28,641 nt of DNA. It comes from a virus (lineage: Duplodnaviria > Heunggongvirae > Uroviricota > Caudoviricetes). Shown here piece by piece: positions 17,047 through 26,098 of this stretch; position 1 is the stretch's first letter; every line of letters begins with the position of its first letter. Made by a program: the position numbers and the translations under genes. The DNA is taken from the IMG/VR virus record IMGVR_UViG_2802429249_000009, one strand, 5' to 3'. The notes beneath the pieces are model-generated. The model made no database searches, was not told the DNA's origin, and saw only the letters and a program-made list of their open reading frames with translations.

Positions 17047-17375
17047 TGAACGTGACAGAAATTGTTTTAAAAAAACCGGTGACAGCGCATAAAGAAACGT
17101 TGCATGTGCTGGAGTTGCGTGAACCCACGTATGACGAAATCGAGGCGCTGGGTTTTCCTTTCATTATTTCCGGTGAAGGCAGTATTAAACTGGACAGCCA
17201 GGTGGCACTGAAATATATCCCGTTGCTGGCGGGGATCCCGCGTTCATCGGCAGCGCAGATGGCAAAACTGGATATTTTTAAGACCAGCATGCAGATCCTG
17301 CGTTTTTTTACCCAGTCGGAGACGGGAAGCACCTCCGGAAACGACTCTACAATGTTGCCTGGTTCTGGAAACTGA
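17046..17375 (+). CDS. Tail assembly chaperone (short, in-frame product)
   Basis: 109 aa; immediately upstream of the tape measure gene. Confidence 0.75.
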   Translation: MNVTEIVLKKPVTAHKETLHVLELREPTYDEIEALGFPFIISGEGSIKLDSQVALKYIPLLAGIPRSSAAQMAKLDIFKTSMQILRFFTQSETGSTSGNDSTMLPGSGN

Positions 17376-17467
17376 ATCCACTGGAGCTGCGACGGGTGGC
17401 TATTTCGCAGTTTACAGAACTGGAAGCCGAGGCCGTCCGCATTAACGAGGAGATGAAGCATGGCTGA
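17046..17467 (+). CDS. Tail assembly chaperone, predicted -1 programmed frameshift product
   Basis: T7 tract at 17303-17309 inside the chaperone ORF; the -1 frame is open from 17282 to TGA 17465-17467 and reads YPVGDGKHLRKRLYNVAWFWKLNPLELRRVAISQFTELEAEAVRINEEMKHG, ending after the tape-measure start. Confidence 0.5.
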
Positions 17468-19409
17468 CAGTTTTCAGCTGAAGGCGATCATCACTGCCGT
17501 GGATAAGGTGTCGGCACCGCTGAAGGGGATGCAGCGCCAGCTGAAAGGCTTTAAAAAGGAGTTTGCCAGCCTGTCTCTGGGCGCAGCGGGTGCCGGAACC
17601 GCAGTACTGGGGGCGCTGGCGCTCCCGGTCAAATCTGCCATTGCCCTTGAATCAAAAATGGCGGATGTCCGGAAAGTGGTGGATGGTCTGGATACGCCGG
17701 AAGCGTTTAAGGCAATGACGGAACAGGTGCGCGACCTGTCAACAGAACTGCCCATGTCGGCGGAAGGTATCGCCGAAATCGTGGCGGCGGGTGGTCAGGC
17801 TGGCATCGCCCGTGACGAGCTGATGCAGTTTACTGACGACGCCGTGAAGATGGGGGTGGCCTTTGACACCACGGCGGAAGAATCCGGTCAGATGATGGCA
17901 CAGTGGCGCACTGCCTTTAAACTGACACAGGGAGAGGTGGCAGGACTTGCGGACAAGATTAACTATCTTGGTAATACCGGTCCTGCAAGTGCGAAAAAGA
18001 TTTCTGATGTTGTGACCCGTATTGGCCCTTTAGGCAGTGTTGCGGGTGTGGCCTCCGGAGAGATTGCCGCAATGGGGGCAACCATTGCCGGAATGGGGGT
18101 GGAATCAGAAATTGCGGCGACGGGGATAAAGAATTTTATGCTGTCGCTGACAGCGGGGAATTCTGCCACCAAATCGCAGAAAAAAGCGCTTCGCCTGTTG
18201 CGCATTGACCCGAAAAAGCTGGCGGCGGATATGCAGAAAGATGCCCGGGGTGCCATGCTGCATGTACTGGATTCTCTGGCGAAAGTGCCGAAAGAAAAAC
18301 AGGCTGCTGTGCTTAATGCGCTGTTCGGGAAGGAATCTCTGGGAGCCATTGCGCCGCTGCTCACGAATCTGGATTTGTTGCGAACCAATTTTAATCGTGT
18401 GGCGGATGCGCAGCAGTATGGCGGCTCAATGCAGAAAGAATATGCCGCCCGTGCCGCGACGACGGAAAACCAGTTGTTGCTACTGCAGAACCAGATCAAT
18501 GCGATTTCTTCCACGCTGGGGGAAACCTTCCTGCCTTCAATCAATGAAGGCATAAAAGAGATGAAGCCTTTTCTGGAAGAAGTGCGCACGTTTGTCAGAG
18601 AAAATCCTGAGGTCGTAAAAACCATCGCGAAAACGGGGCTGGCACTGCTGACATTTGGTGTTGCCATTGGCTCGCTGTCGCGGATGGGAAAAATCCTTAG
18701 TGGCGTGATGAATATGACACCGGCAAAGGGACTCATTACGTTACTGGTAGCGGGGGCGTATCTCATTATTGACAACTGGGAAACGGTCGGGCCGGTTGTG
18801 AAAAAAGTCTGGCAGGAGGTTGATCAGGTTGTCAGGGCTATGGGGGGATGGGAACAGGCAGTAAAAACAATTGCAACGGTTTCTGCCCTGTATATTGGTG
18901 TGAAAGCGGTGGCAGCCATTCGTGCAGCAACAGTCGCCCAGAATCAATGGACAACGGCGGCAGGAAAAACAGCGCTGAAATTAAAGGGGCTCGGAAAGAT
19001 CAGCCTCATTGGGGGATTGCTTGAGCTGGGCATGATGGCGCAGGAGTTTGAAAAAGAACATCCCTGGCTTGTTAAAAATTTTGTGGCTGATGCACTGAAC
19101 AGTGGATTTGGTCTGAATGATAAGTTCGACGAGTGGGGCAAACAGTTCCATGATTTTGTCTATGACATGACCGGATGGCAGATGCCACGTGGTGATGGGT
19201 ATTTATCTCCCGATAAACGCTACACCCCGAATGTATCACTGGAAAGGAATCAGCTGTTAAGCCTTTCATCTTCACCGGCAACCCGCAGCGAACTTAAGGT
19301 GACGTTTGACAACGCGCCGCCGGGAATGCGTGTCATCGATTTGCCGAAAACAGGCGATCCCTTTATGAAAATCACCCATGACGTTGGGTATTCACCTTTC
19401 AGGCGTTAA
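17460..19409 (+). CDS. Tail tape measure protein
   Basis: 649 aa; Ala/Gly-rich helical protein with hydrophobic segments; canonical position after the chaperone. Confidence 0.85.
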   Translation: MADSFQLKAIITAVDKVSAPLKGMQRQLKGFKKEFASLSLGAAGAGTAVLGALALPVKSAIALESKMADVRKVVDGLDTPEAFKAMTEQVRDLSTELPMSAEGIAEIVAAGGQAGIARDELMQFTDDAVKMGVAFDTTAEESGQMMAQWRTAFKLTQGEVAGLADKINYLGNTGPASAKKISDVVTRIGPLGSVAGVASGEIAAMGATIAGMGVESEIAATGIKNFMLSLTAGNSATKSQKKALRLLRIDPKKLAADMQKDARGAMLHVLDSLAKVPKEKQAAVLNALFGKESLGAIAPLLTNLDLLRTNFNRVADAQQYGGSMQKEYAARAATTENQLLLLQNQINAISSTLGETFLPSINEGIKEMKPFLEEVRTFVRENPEVVKTIAKTGLALLTFGVAIGSLSRMGKILSGVMNMTPAKGLITLLVAGAYLIIDNWETVGPVVKKVWQEVDQVVRAMGGWEQAVKTIATVSALYIGVKAVAAIRAATVAQNQWTTAAGKTALKLKGLGKISLIGGLLELGMMAQEFEKEHPWLVKNFVADALNSGFGLNDKFDEWGKQFHDFVYDMTGWQMPRGDGYLSPDKRYTPNVSLERNQLLSLSSSPATRSELKVTFDNAPPGMRVIDLPKTGDPFMKITHDVGYSPFRR

Positions 19410-19424
19410 CAATGGGGTATCAGA

Positions 19425-20816
19425 ATGGATTTTCCCTCCTTACCTTCTTTGTCCTCTTTGTTTTCTTCATCTTCCGGAACGACCTGGCGCGATAATCTTT
19501 ACGACGCTTCATTTCGTGGTGTTCCGTTTTCGGTGGAAAGCGATGAGGGTACGTTCGGACGCCGCGTTCAGGTCCATGAATATCCAAACCGTGACAAACC
19601 GTACACGGAAGATCTCGGGCGTGCCACGCGACGGCTGACGATTAATGCGTATCTCGTTGGTGATGATTACGCAGAGCAGCGCGATCGGCTGATTACCGCG
19701 ATTGAAACCGCCGGGCCGGGGACGCTGATCCATCCGCAGTTCGGTGAAATGCAGGGCTGTATTGACGGACAGGTGACCGTTTCTCACTCCAGCACTGAAG
19801 GCCGTATGTGCCGGGTTTCATTTCAGTTTGTTGAGAGCGGGGAACTGTCATTTCCGGTCGCCGGAGCCGCAACCGCCAGAAAACTGGAGGAGTCGTCAGG
19901 ATTCCTGGATGAGCTGATTGAAGACATGTTCGGCGATTTTGATCTTGCGGGAATATCGGACTTTATTCAGAACGATGTTATTGCCCGGGCAACCGATATG
20001 CTGGGAACCGTTCAGACGGCTTTCAGAATGGTTAATTCTGCTGTTTCTGCCGGAATGAGGCTGATGCAGGGCGATTTATCCGTCATTCTGATGCCGCCAT
20101 CGGTTGCCAGTGATTTTGTGCATACGTTGCAGGATACCTGGCGGGCAGGAACCAGACTGGTGGATAACACACAGGATCTGGTGCAGTCCATAACAACAAT
20201 GTCAGGCATTACGCTGGATCCAGGACTGGCACCGCGTGCGGTGTGGCCCACAGATTCCGCATCAGTTGTCAGGCAAAAACAGCAGACAAATCTGGTGGCT
20301 GCAGTCATCCGGACGACGGCAATCAGCGAGGCTGCAAGGGCGGTCACTTCACTGCCGCAACCCGGAAGTCTGGTGAAAAATCAGCAGGCGGTTGCGGCTG
20401 TTGGTGGTTCCACTGAACGTCAGTCCGATATTATTCATGTTTCTCATCCGGCACTTGACAGCGTGGCAGCCAGCACAGAACAGGATGAGACAGCGCAACC
20501 ACCCACGCGGGAAAATCTCACCATCATACGCGAATCACTGAACGCGGCGATTGAACAGGAGCTCAGACGAACGACGGATGACAGGCTGTTTTTTCAGCTG
20601 ACGTCATTACGTACAGAACTGAACCGGGATATTCAGGCCCGTCTGGTTCAGACGGAGGAAACCGCAGAGCGAACGCCAGCGGAAGTTCTGCCTGCGCTTG
20701 TTCTGGCTGCATCATGGTACGACGATGCGTCCCGTGAAACTGATATCCTGGATCGAAATGCCATCTCCCATCCGGGCTTTGTTCCGGTCAGAGCATTAAG
20801 GGTACCCGTCAGATGA
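19425..20816 (+). CDS. DNA circulation protein (Mu gpN / gp43-like)
   Basis: 463 aa; N-terminal block SFRGVPFSVESDEGTFGRRVQVHEYPNRDKPYTEDLGR; follows the tape measure as in Mu. Confidence 0.8.
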   Translation: MDFPSLPSLSSLFSSSSGTTWRDNLYDASFRGVPFSVESDEGTFGRRVQVHEYPNRDKPYTEDLGRATRRLTINAYLVGDDYAEQRDRLITAIETAGPGTLIHPQFGEMQGCIDGQVTVSHSSTEGRMCRVSFQFVESGELSFPVAGAATARKLEESSGFLDELIEDMFGDFDLAGISDFIQNDVIARATDMLGTVQTAFRMVNSAVSAGMRLMQGDLSVILMPPSVASDFVHTLQDTWRAGTRLVDNTQDLVQSITTMSGITLDPGLAPRAVWPTDSASVVRQKQQTNLVAAVIRTTAISEAARAVTSLPQPGSLVKNQQAVAAVGGSTERQSDIIHVSHPALDSVAASTEQDETAQPPTRENLTIIRESLNAAIEQELRRTTDDRLFFQLTSLRTELNRDIQARLVQTEETAERTPAEVLPALVLAASWYDDASRETDILDRNAISHPGFVPVRALRVPVR

Positions 20817-21868
20817 ATAATACCGTTTTACTTCGGGTTTCCGGTCGCGAATGGGGCGGCTGGACATCCGTCCGTATCAGTGCGGGCATTAACCGTATTG
20901 CCCGGGATTTTAATGTTGCCATCACCACCCGCTGGCCCGGAAGCCGGGATTATCAACCCCGGATAAAAAATGGTGAGCTGGTTGAAGTGCTTATCGGGGA
21001 TGAGCCCGTGCTTACCGGATATGTGGAGGCACTACCGCTTCGTTATGACGCCAGCAGCGTCAGCATGGGAATTGTCGGGCGAAGCAAAACAGCCGATCTG
21101 GTTGACTGCTCTGCTTTGCCACTCCAGCAGAGCGGAAAAAACCTGCTCAGAATAGTCAGTGAACTGGCTGCGCCATTTGGCATCACCGTTGTTGATGCTG
21201 GCGTGCCACAGACAGCGGTGATTGATGCCCAGCCGGAACACGGCGAAACCGTTGCCGATTGTCTTAACCGGTTGCTGGGGCAGGTTCAGACGCTGGCTTA
21301 TGACGATGAATGCGGGCGACTGGTTCTGGGAAAACCCGGAACAGGCAAAGCGGCGACAGCACTGGTGCTGGGAGAGAATATTCTTTCCTGTGACACGGAA
21401 AGAAGCATCAGAGAGCGGTTTTCTGAATATCAGGTCAGTGGGCAGCGCCCGGGCAACGACGATGATTTTGGTGAGGCCACCATTGCCGCAATACGTCAGG
21501 CCATTCAGGACAGTGGCGTGACCCGTTATCGCCCTTTGTTGATTCAGCAGTCAGGTACAGCAACGACAGCAACCTGTAAGGCCCGTTGTGAATTTGAAGC
21601 GCGCCAACGGGCTGCGCTTACCCGTGAGACAACATATACGGTTCAGGGCTGGCGGCAGGGCAGTGGCGCGTTATGGCGTCCGGGGTTATCTGTCATCGTT
21701 TTCGACCCGCTGAATAATTTTGATAATGATGAACTGGTGATCGCAGAAGTTACCTATAACCATGACGACCGGGGCACAACGACCGAATTACGGGTTGGCC
21801 CGGCAGATGCTTATCTCCCTGAGCCTGTCACCGCCAGGAAGAAAAAAAATGTTGAGGAGGATTTCTGA
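20813..21868 (+). CDS. Baseplate hub protein (Mu gpP / gp44-like)
   Basis: 351 aa, ATGA overlap with the upstream gene; Mu-order synteny. Confidence 0.8.
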   Translation: MNNTVLLRVSGREWGGWTSVRISAGINRIARDFNVAITTRWPGSRDYQPRIKNGELVEVLIGDEPVLTGYVEALPLRYDASSVSMGIVGRSKTADLVDCSALPLQQSGKNLLRIVSELAAPFGITVVDAGVPQTAVIDAQPEHGETVADCLNRLLGQVQTLAYDDECGRLVLGKPGTGKAATALVLGENILSCDTERSIRERFSEYQVSGQRPGNDDDFGEATIAAIRQAIQDSGVTRYRPLLIQQSGTATTATCKARCEFEARQRAALTRETTYTVQGWRQGSGALWRPGLSVIVFDPLNNFDNDELVIAEVTYNHDDRGTTTELRVGPADAYLPEPVTARKKKNVEEDF

Positions 21869-22401
21869 TGAACGGGTTTTCTCTTCGCAATCTGATTTCC
21901 CGGGCTGTCATCACGGCGGTGGATTCTGCCAGAAAGTGTCAGTCTGTAGGGTTGAAAATGATAGCCGGAGATCAGAAACAACACGTTGAGCACCTTGAAC
22001 CTTATGGTTTTACATCTGCTGCACAGAACGGTGCTGAGGGCGTTGCTTTATTCCCGGCGGGCGATCGTTCTCATGGTGTGGTTGTGGTCGTGTCTGACAG
22101 ACGTTACCGGCTGAAAGGACTGAAACGTGGGGAAGTGGCGCTTTATGACGATCAGGGGCAGTCAGTTGTCCTGACCCGTTCCGGTATTGTGGTGAACGGG
22201 GCCGGTAAGCCCATTATTTTTAAAAACGCGCCTAAAGCGCGCTTTGAAATGCCTGTCGAATCCACCGCTGATATTACTGACAATTGCGACAGTGGCGGAC
22301 TCAGCATGCAGCAAATGCGGCAGACCTACAATGCCCACAAACACACCGAAAATGGTGATGGTGGCGGGATCACTGACACGCCGGATCAACCGATGGGCTG
22401 A
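21868..22401 (+). CDS. Baseplate spike / assembly protein V-like (Mu gp45-like)
   Basis: 177 aa; gpV-type pattern (VALFPAGDRSHGVVV.., LKRGEVALYDDQG); Mu-order synteny. Confidence 0.8.
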   Translation: MNGFSLRNLISRAVITAVDSARKCQSVGLKMIAGDQKQHVEHLEPYGFTSAAQNGAEGVALFPAGDRSHGVVVVVSDRRYRLKGLKRGEVALYDDQGQSVVLTRSGIVVNGAGKPIIFKNAPKARFEMPVESTADITDNCDSGGLSMQQMRQTYNAHKHTENGDGGGITDTPDQPMG

Positions 22402-22406
22402 AAATC

Positions 22407-22820
22407 ATGATGATTAATGTTAACGGGCGACCCGTGTCGACCGGGGCTTCGAACGACCTTCTGACGCGTGCTGTGATTATTTCGCTTTTTACCTGGCGGC
22501 GTGCCGGGCGGGATGATGATGCACCGCAGATATTTGGATGGTGGGGGGATACCTGGCCTGCGGTTCAGAATGATCGCACGGGGTCGCGTCTGTATCTGTT
22601 GCGACGCAGCAAGCTGACAAATAAAACCCCGCAGCTTGCCAGAGATTATGCCCGTGAGGCGCTGGCGTGGATGGTGGAGGATGGTGTTGCTTCCCGTCTT
22701 GATATTAACGCTGTCCGGACCGGGACAGACTCGCTGGCACTTGCCATTACCATTTACCAGCGTGACGGCAATATTCACAACATTATTTTTGATGATATCT
22801 GGAGTGAACTGAATGGCTGA
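22407..22820 (+). CDS. Baseplate protein, GP46 family (Mu gp46-like)
   Basis: 137 aa; synteny between the gp45-like and J-like genes. Confidence 0.75.
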   Translation: MMINVNGRPVSTGASNDLLTRAVIISLFTWRRAGRDDDAPQIFGWWGDTWPAVQNDRTGSRLYLLRRSKLTNKTPQLARDYAREALAWMVEDGVASRLDINAVRTGTDSLALAITIYQRDGNIHNIIFDDIWSELNG

Positions 22821-23895
22821 CAGTCAGTTTTATCGCCCCGGCCTCCCGCAACTTATTTCTATGATCCGGAGCGATTTATTAACCCGCTTTGAGCAGGATA
22901 CGCTGCTTCGTCGTATGGATGCGGAAGTGTATGCCCGTGTACAGGCTGCAGCCGTACACACGTTATACGGGTATATCGATTATCTTGCCAGAAATCTGTT
23001 GCCGGACATGTGTGATGAAGACTGGTTGTACCGGCACGCCAGAATCAAACGCTGCCCGCGAAAAGATGCGGTGGCAGCCCGGGGATTTGTGCGCTGGGAT
23101 GGCGTAGAGGGAGCGCCGGTATTGCCAGCGGGAACGCAGATCCAGCGTGATGATCAGGTGACCTTCACCACGACGGCGACGGTGACCGCAGCCGATGGTC
23201 TTCTCCGGGTGCCTGTTGTGGCAGACGAACCGGGATCGGCGGGGAATACGGATGATGGTATTGCCATGCAGCTGGGAACACCCGTCAGTGGTCTGCCGTC
23301 CACAGGGTACGCAGACACCATTACAGACGGTGAAGATATTGAAAATCTGGAAATATGGCGTGCCCGCGTTATGGAACGTTATTACTACATTCCACAGGGG
23401 GGCGCAGACCCTGATTATGTTATCTGGGCGAAAGAAGTTCAGGGTATTAACCGTGCATGGACTTTCAGACACTGGAAAGGGATTGGAACGGTTGGCGTGA
23501 TGGTGGCGACAAACGATCCGGAACACCCGGCCCCGGATGAAAGCGTGATTAACGCAGTCAGGGACCACATCCTTCCTCTGGCACCTGTTGCCGGAAGCGG
23601 ATTGTATGTATTCGGTGCCACAGAAAAAGTCATCCCGATGACGATTGCGTTATCGAAAGACACACCGCAGATCAGGGCGGCAATAAAATCAGAACTGAAT
23701 GCGCTGATGTTCCGGGATGGTGTGCCGGAAGGGCGCATGTATCTGTCCAGAATCAGCGAGGCTATCAGTTTATCTGCAGGTGAGGTGGCCCATCGACTTA
23801 TCGACCCTTCATCGGATATTGACCTGGGGGAAACTGAGCTTCCGGTGCTCGGGGAGATCACATGGCAGGCTTATGACCCGGTAAGGAGTAAATAA
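22813..23895 (+). CDS. Baseplate J-like protein (Mu gp47-like)
   Basis: 360 aa; size and position; overlaps neighbours at both ends. Confidence 0.8.
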   Translation: MADSQFYRPGLPQLISMIRSDLLTRFEQDTLLRRMDAEVYARVQAAAVHTLYGYIDYLARNLLPDMCDEDWLYRHARIKRCPRKDAVAARGFVRWDGVEGAPVLPAGTQIQRDDQVTFTTTATVTAADGLLRVPVVADEPGSAGNTDDGIAMQLGTPVSGLPSTGYADTITDGEDIENLEIWRARVMERYYYIPQGGADPDYVIWAKEVQGINRAWTFRHWKGIGTVGVMVATNDPEHPAPDESVINAVRDHILPLAPVAGSGLYVFGATEKVIPMTIALSKDTPQIRAAIKSELNALMFRDGVPEGRMYLSRISEAISLSAGEVAHRLIDPSSDIDLGETELPVLGEITWQAYDPVRSK

Positions 23896-24485
23896 TGGAT
23901 ACGTTACAGGATGATTATACAAAATTGTTGTATGACCTGATGCCGCCGGGACCTGCATGGTCAGATACCGACGGTGTACTTGACGGTCTGGCACCATCGC
24001 TTGTGCGTGTTCACCAGCGGGCTGATGAACTGGTGATTGAAATCGATCCCGGTCAGTCCACAGAGCTGATTGAACGTTATGAAGAATTGTATGGTTTACC
24101 TGATTCCTGTTCCCCTGTCGGAACCCAGACATTACGCCAGCGTCAGCAACGTCTTGAAGCAAAAGCCAATGTGGCTGGTGGCATAAACGAGCAGTTCTTC
24201 CTGGATCAGCTTGAGGCGCTGGGATATACCGGCGTAACGATCGAACAGTTCCAGAATCTGGACGCAAGCCCCGATCCGGAATGGGGTGATCGCTGGCGTT
24301 ATTTCTGGCGTGTGACGTTGCCGGTGGATGCCGGTGCTCAGTGGCAGACATGTACGGATGCCTGCAACACACCGATTCGGACGTGGGGCGATACGATTGC
24401 GGAGTGCGTGATTAATAAATTATGTCCGTCGCATACCGTTGTTTTATTTTCCTATCCAGATGAGGATGAAGATGCACAGGATTGA
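23895..24485 (+). CDS. Tail protein, Mu gp48-like (e14 YmfQ-like)
   Basis: 196 aa; AAGGAG RBS; precedes the tail fibre gene as in Mu/e14-type clusters. Confidence 0.7.
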   Translation: MDTLQDDYTKLLYDLMPPGPAWSDTDGVLDGLAPSLVRVHQRADELVIEIDPGQSTELIERYEELYGLPDSCSPVGTQTLRQRQQRLEAKANVAGGINEQFFLDQLEALGYTGVTIEQFQNLDASPDPEWGDRWRYFWRVTLPVDAGAQWQTCTDACNTPIRTWGDTIAECVINKLCPSHTVVLFSYPDEDEDAQD

Positions 24486-25527
24486 TACGCTGACAGCGGT
24501 AAAAGATAAGTTTGGCCCGGGCAAGAACGGATTTACTGATGGAAATCTTCGCACAGGACGTCTTGCCACCTGGCTGAACAGTGCCATGTGGGATGCCATT
24601 CAGGAGGAAATCTGTGGTGTCATTGAGAAGGCCGGGATAGAACTGAATAAAGAAGAACACGATCAGCTCTATAAAGCCATATTATTACTGGTGGGTGGTG
24701 CAATTAACGAAGAGGCATTGCTGATAAAAAATAACCTTTCGGATGTGGAAGACAAGGATGAGGCTGTTGAAAACCTCGGATTAAAACCCACGGTGGACAA
24801 GGCAAAAAATGCCGTTCAGCGTGATGGTGACACCATGAGTGGTGATTTGACGTTTGAAAATGACTCAATCCTTGCGTGGATTCGAAATACAGATTGGGCA
24901 AAGATTGGGTTTAAAAATGATTCGGATTCAGACACCGATTCATATCTGTGGTTTGAAGCGGGGGATAATGGAAACGAATATTTCAAGTGGCGGAGTAAGT
25001 CTGGAACCACAACCAAAGACCTGATGAATCTCAAATGGGATGCGCTGTATGTTCTTGTTAAAGCCCTTTTCAGTAGTGAAGTAAAAATATCTACACTCAA
25101 TGCACTGAGGATATTTAATTCATCTTTTGGTGCCATTTTTCGCCGTTCTGAAGACAGCCTGCATATCATTCCCACACGAGAAAACGAAGGGGAAAATGGT
25201 GATATTGGGCCGCTACGACCATTTTCGATTGACCTCAGAACTGGTCGCATAACTATGGGGCATGGATTAAATGTTGGTGGACAAGTGGTTCCGACAGACT
25301 ACAGCAATTTTGATGCCCGTTATAAGACCAAATCGGAAGGGGTGCAGGACGTGCGCCTTGGCGGTTATCAACAGATGGGCAGTACAGGCTCAAACCTGGC
25401 TCCCTCTGGTTATGTCAGTGTGGGTGGCTACTGCCACGGAGACTGGGATAACTCTGCCGACGGGTGGTTTATCCGACCGCTTCAGAAACTGATTAACGGA
25501 ACCTGGTATAACGTCGCGAGTATGTAA
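24472..25527 (+). CDS. Tail fibre protein (Mu/P2-type, receptor-binding C-terminus)
   Basis: ATG 24472 after GAGGA (track start 24439, same frame). N-terminus MHRIDTLTAVKDKF..; Gly/Trp-rich C-terminal tip (GYVSVGGYCHGDWDNSADGWF). 3' half is AT-rich. Confidence 0.8.
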   Translation: MHRIDTLTAVKDKFGPGKNGFTDGNLRTGRLATWLNSAMWDAIQEEICGVIEKAGIELNKEEHDQLYKAILLLVGGAINEEALLIKNNLSDVEDKDEAVENLGLKPTVDKAKNAVQRDGDTMSGDLTFENDSILAWIRNTDWAKIGFKNDSDSDTDSYLWFEAGDNGNEYFKWRSKSGTTTKDLMNLKWDALYVLVKALFSSEVKISTLNALRIFNSSFGAIFRRSEDSLHIIPTRENEGENGDIGPLRPFSIDLRTGRITMGHGLNVGGQVVPTDYSNFDARYKTKSEGVQDVRLGGYQQMGSTGSNLAPSGYVSVGGYCHGDWDNSADGWFIRPLQKLINGTWYNVASM

Positions 25528-25529
25528 TT

Positions 25530-26075
25530 ATGTTGCATTTAAAAAATATTACGTCGGGCAATCCGAAAACAGCCGAACAATACGAACTGACCAAAAGGTA
25601 TGGCGTCGAGTGGTTGTATACAGAATCCGGTGAAAACTGGTATGAAATCCAGAAAAATTTTTCACCTGACACATTAAAAGTTGAATATCTGGATACAGGG
25701 AAAGTTACCTGGGTTGGAAAAGATGCTGCGTCAATTAATCCCAGAAACCGGAGCGTGATTGAAATTACCGATAACACAGCGAACCGACAAATTGATGCCT
25801 CAGGTTACTGGTTTTACCGGGATGACAAATTCATATTTGACTACGGTAAAAAGGCAGAAGATGAGCGGGTGAGTAAGCTCAAGGATGTAAGTCGGTTAAC
25901 TGCTGAATGGGAAAAAGACCTGCTGCTGGGGTTAATCAGCGACGAAGACAAAGAAAAGCTGAAAGCCTGGCGGATGTACGCGAAATCGCTGCAGGCGCTG
26001 GATTTCAGCACTATCACCGATAAAACCTCATACAGAGCCATTGAATGGCCTGTCTCTCCGGAAGCCTCTTCCTGA
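25530..26075 (+). CDS. Tail fibre assembly protein (Tfa chaperone) for the upstream fibre
   Basis: 181 aa directly downstream of the fibre gene; Tfa-like C-terminal block (KLKAWRMYAKSLQALDFS..AIEWPVSP). Confidence 0.75.
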   Translation: MLHLKNITSGNPKTAEQYELTKRYGVEWLYTESGENWYEIQKNFSPDTLKVEYLDTGKVTWVGKDAASINPRNRSVIEITDNTANRQIDASGYWFYRDDKFIFDYGKKAEDERVSKLKDVSRLTAEWEKDLLLGLISDEDKEKLKAWRMYAKSLQALDFSTITDKTSYRAIEWPVSPEASS

Positions 26076-26098
26076 TTTAATTAATCGCGAGAAAAACT

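Noticed and set aside
17963-18775. 270-aa minus-strand ORF (also the 8872-9474 and 22963-23568 minus-strand ORFs)
   Set aside because: All are antisense to well-supported structural genes (tape measure, terminase large subunit, baseplate J) and break the uniform co-directional, translationally coupled late operon.
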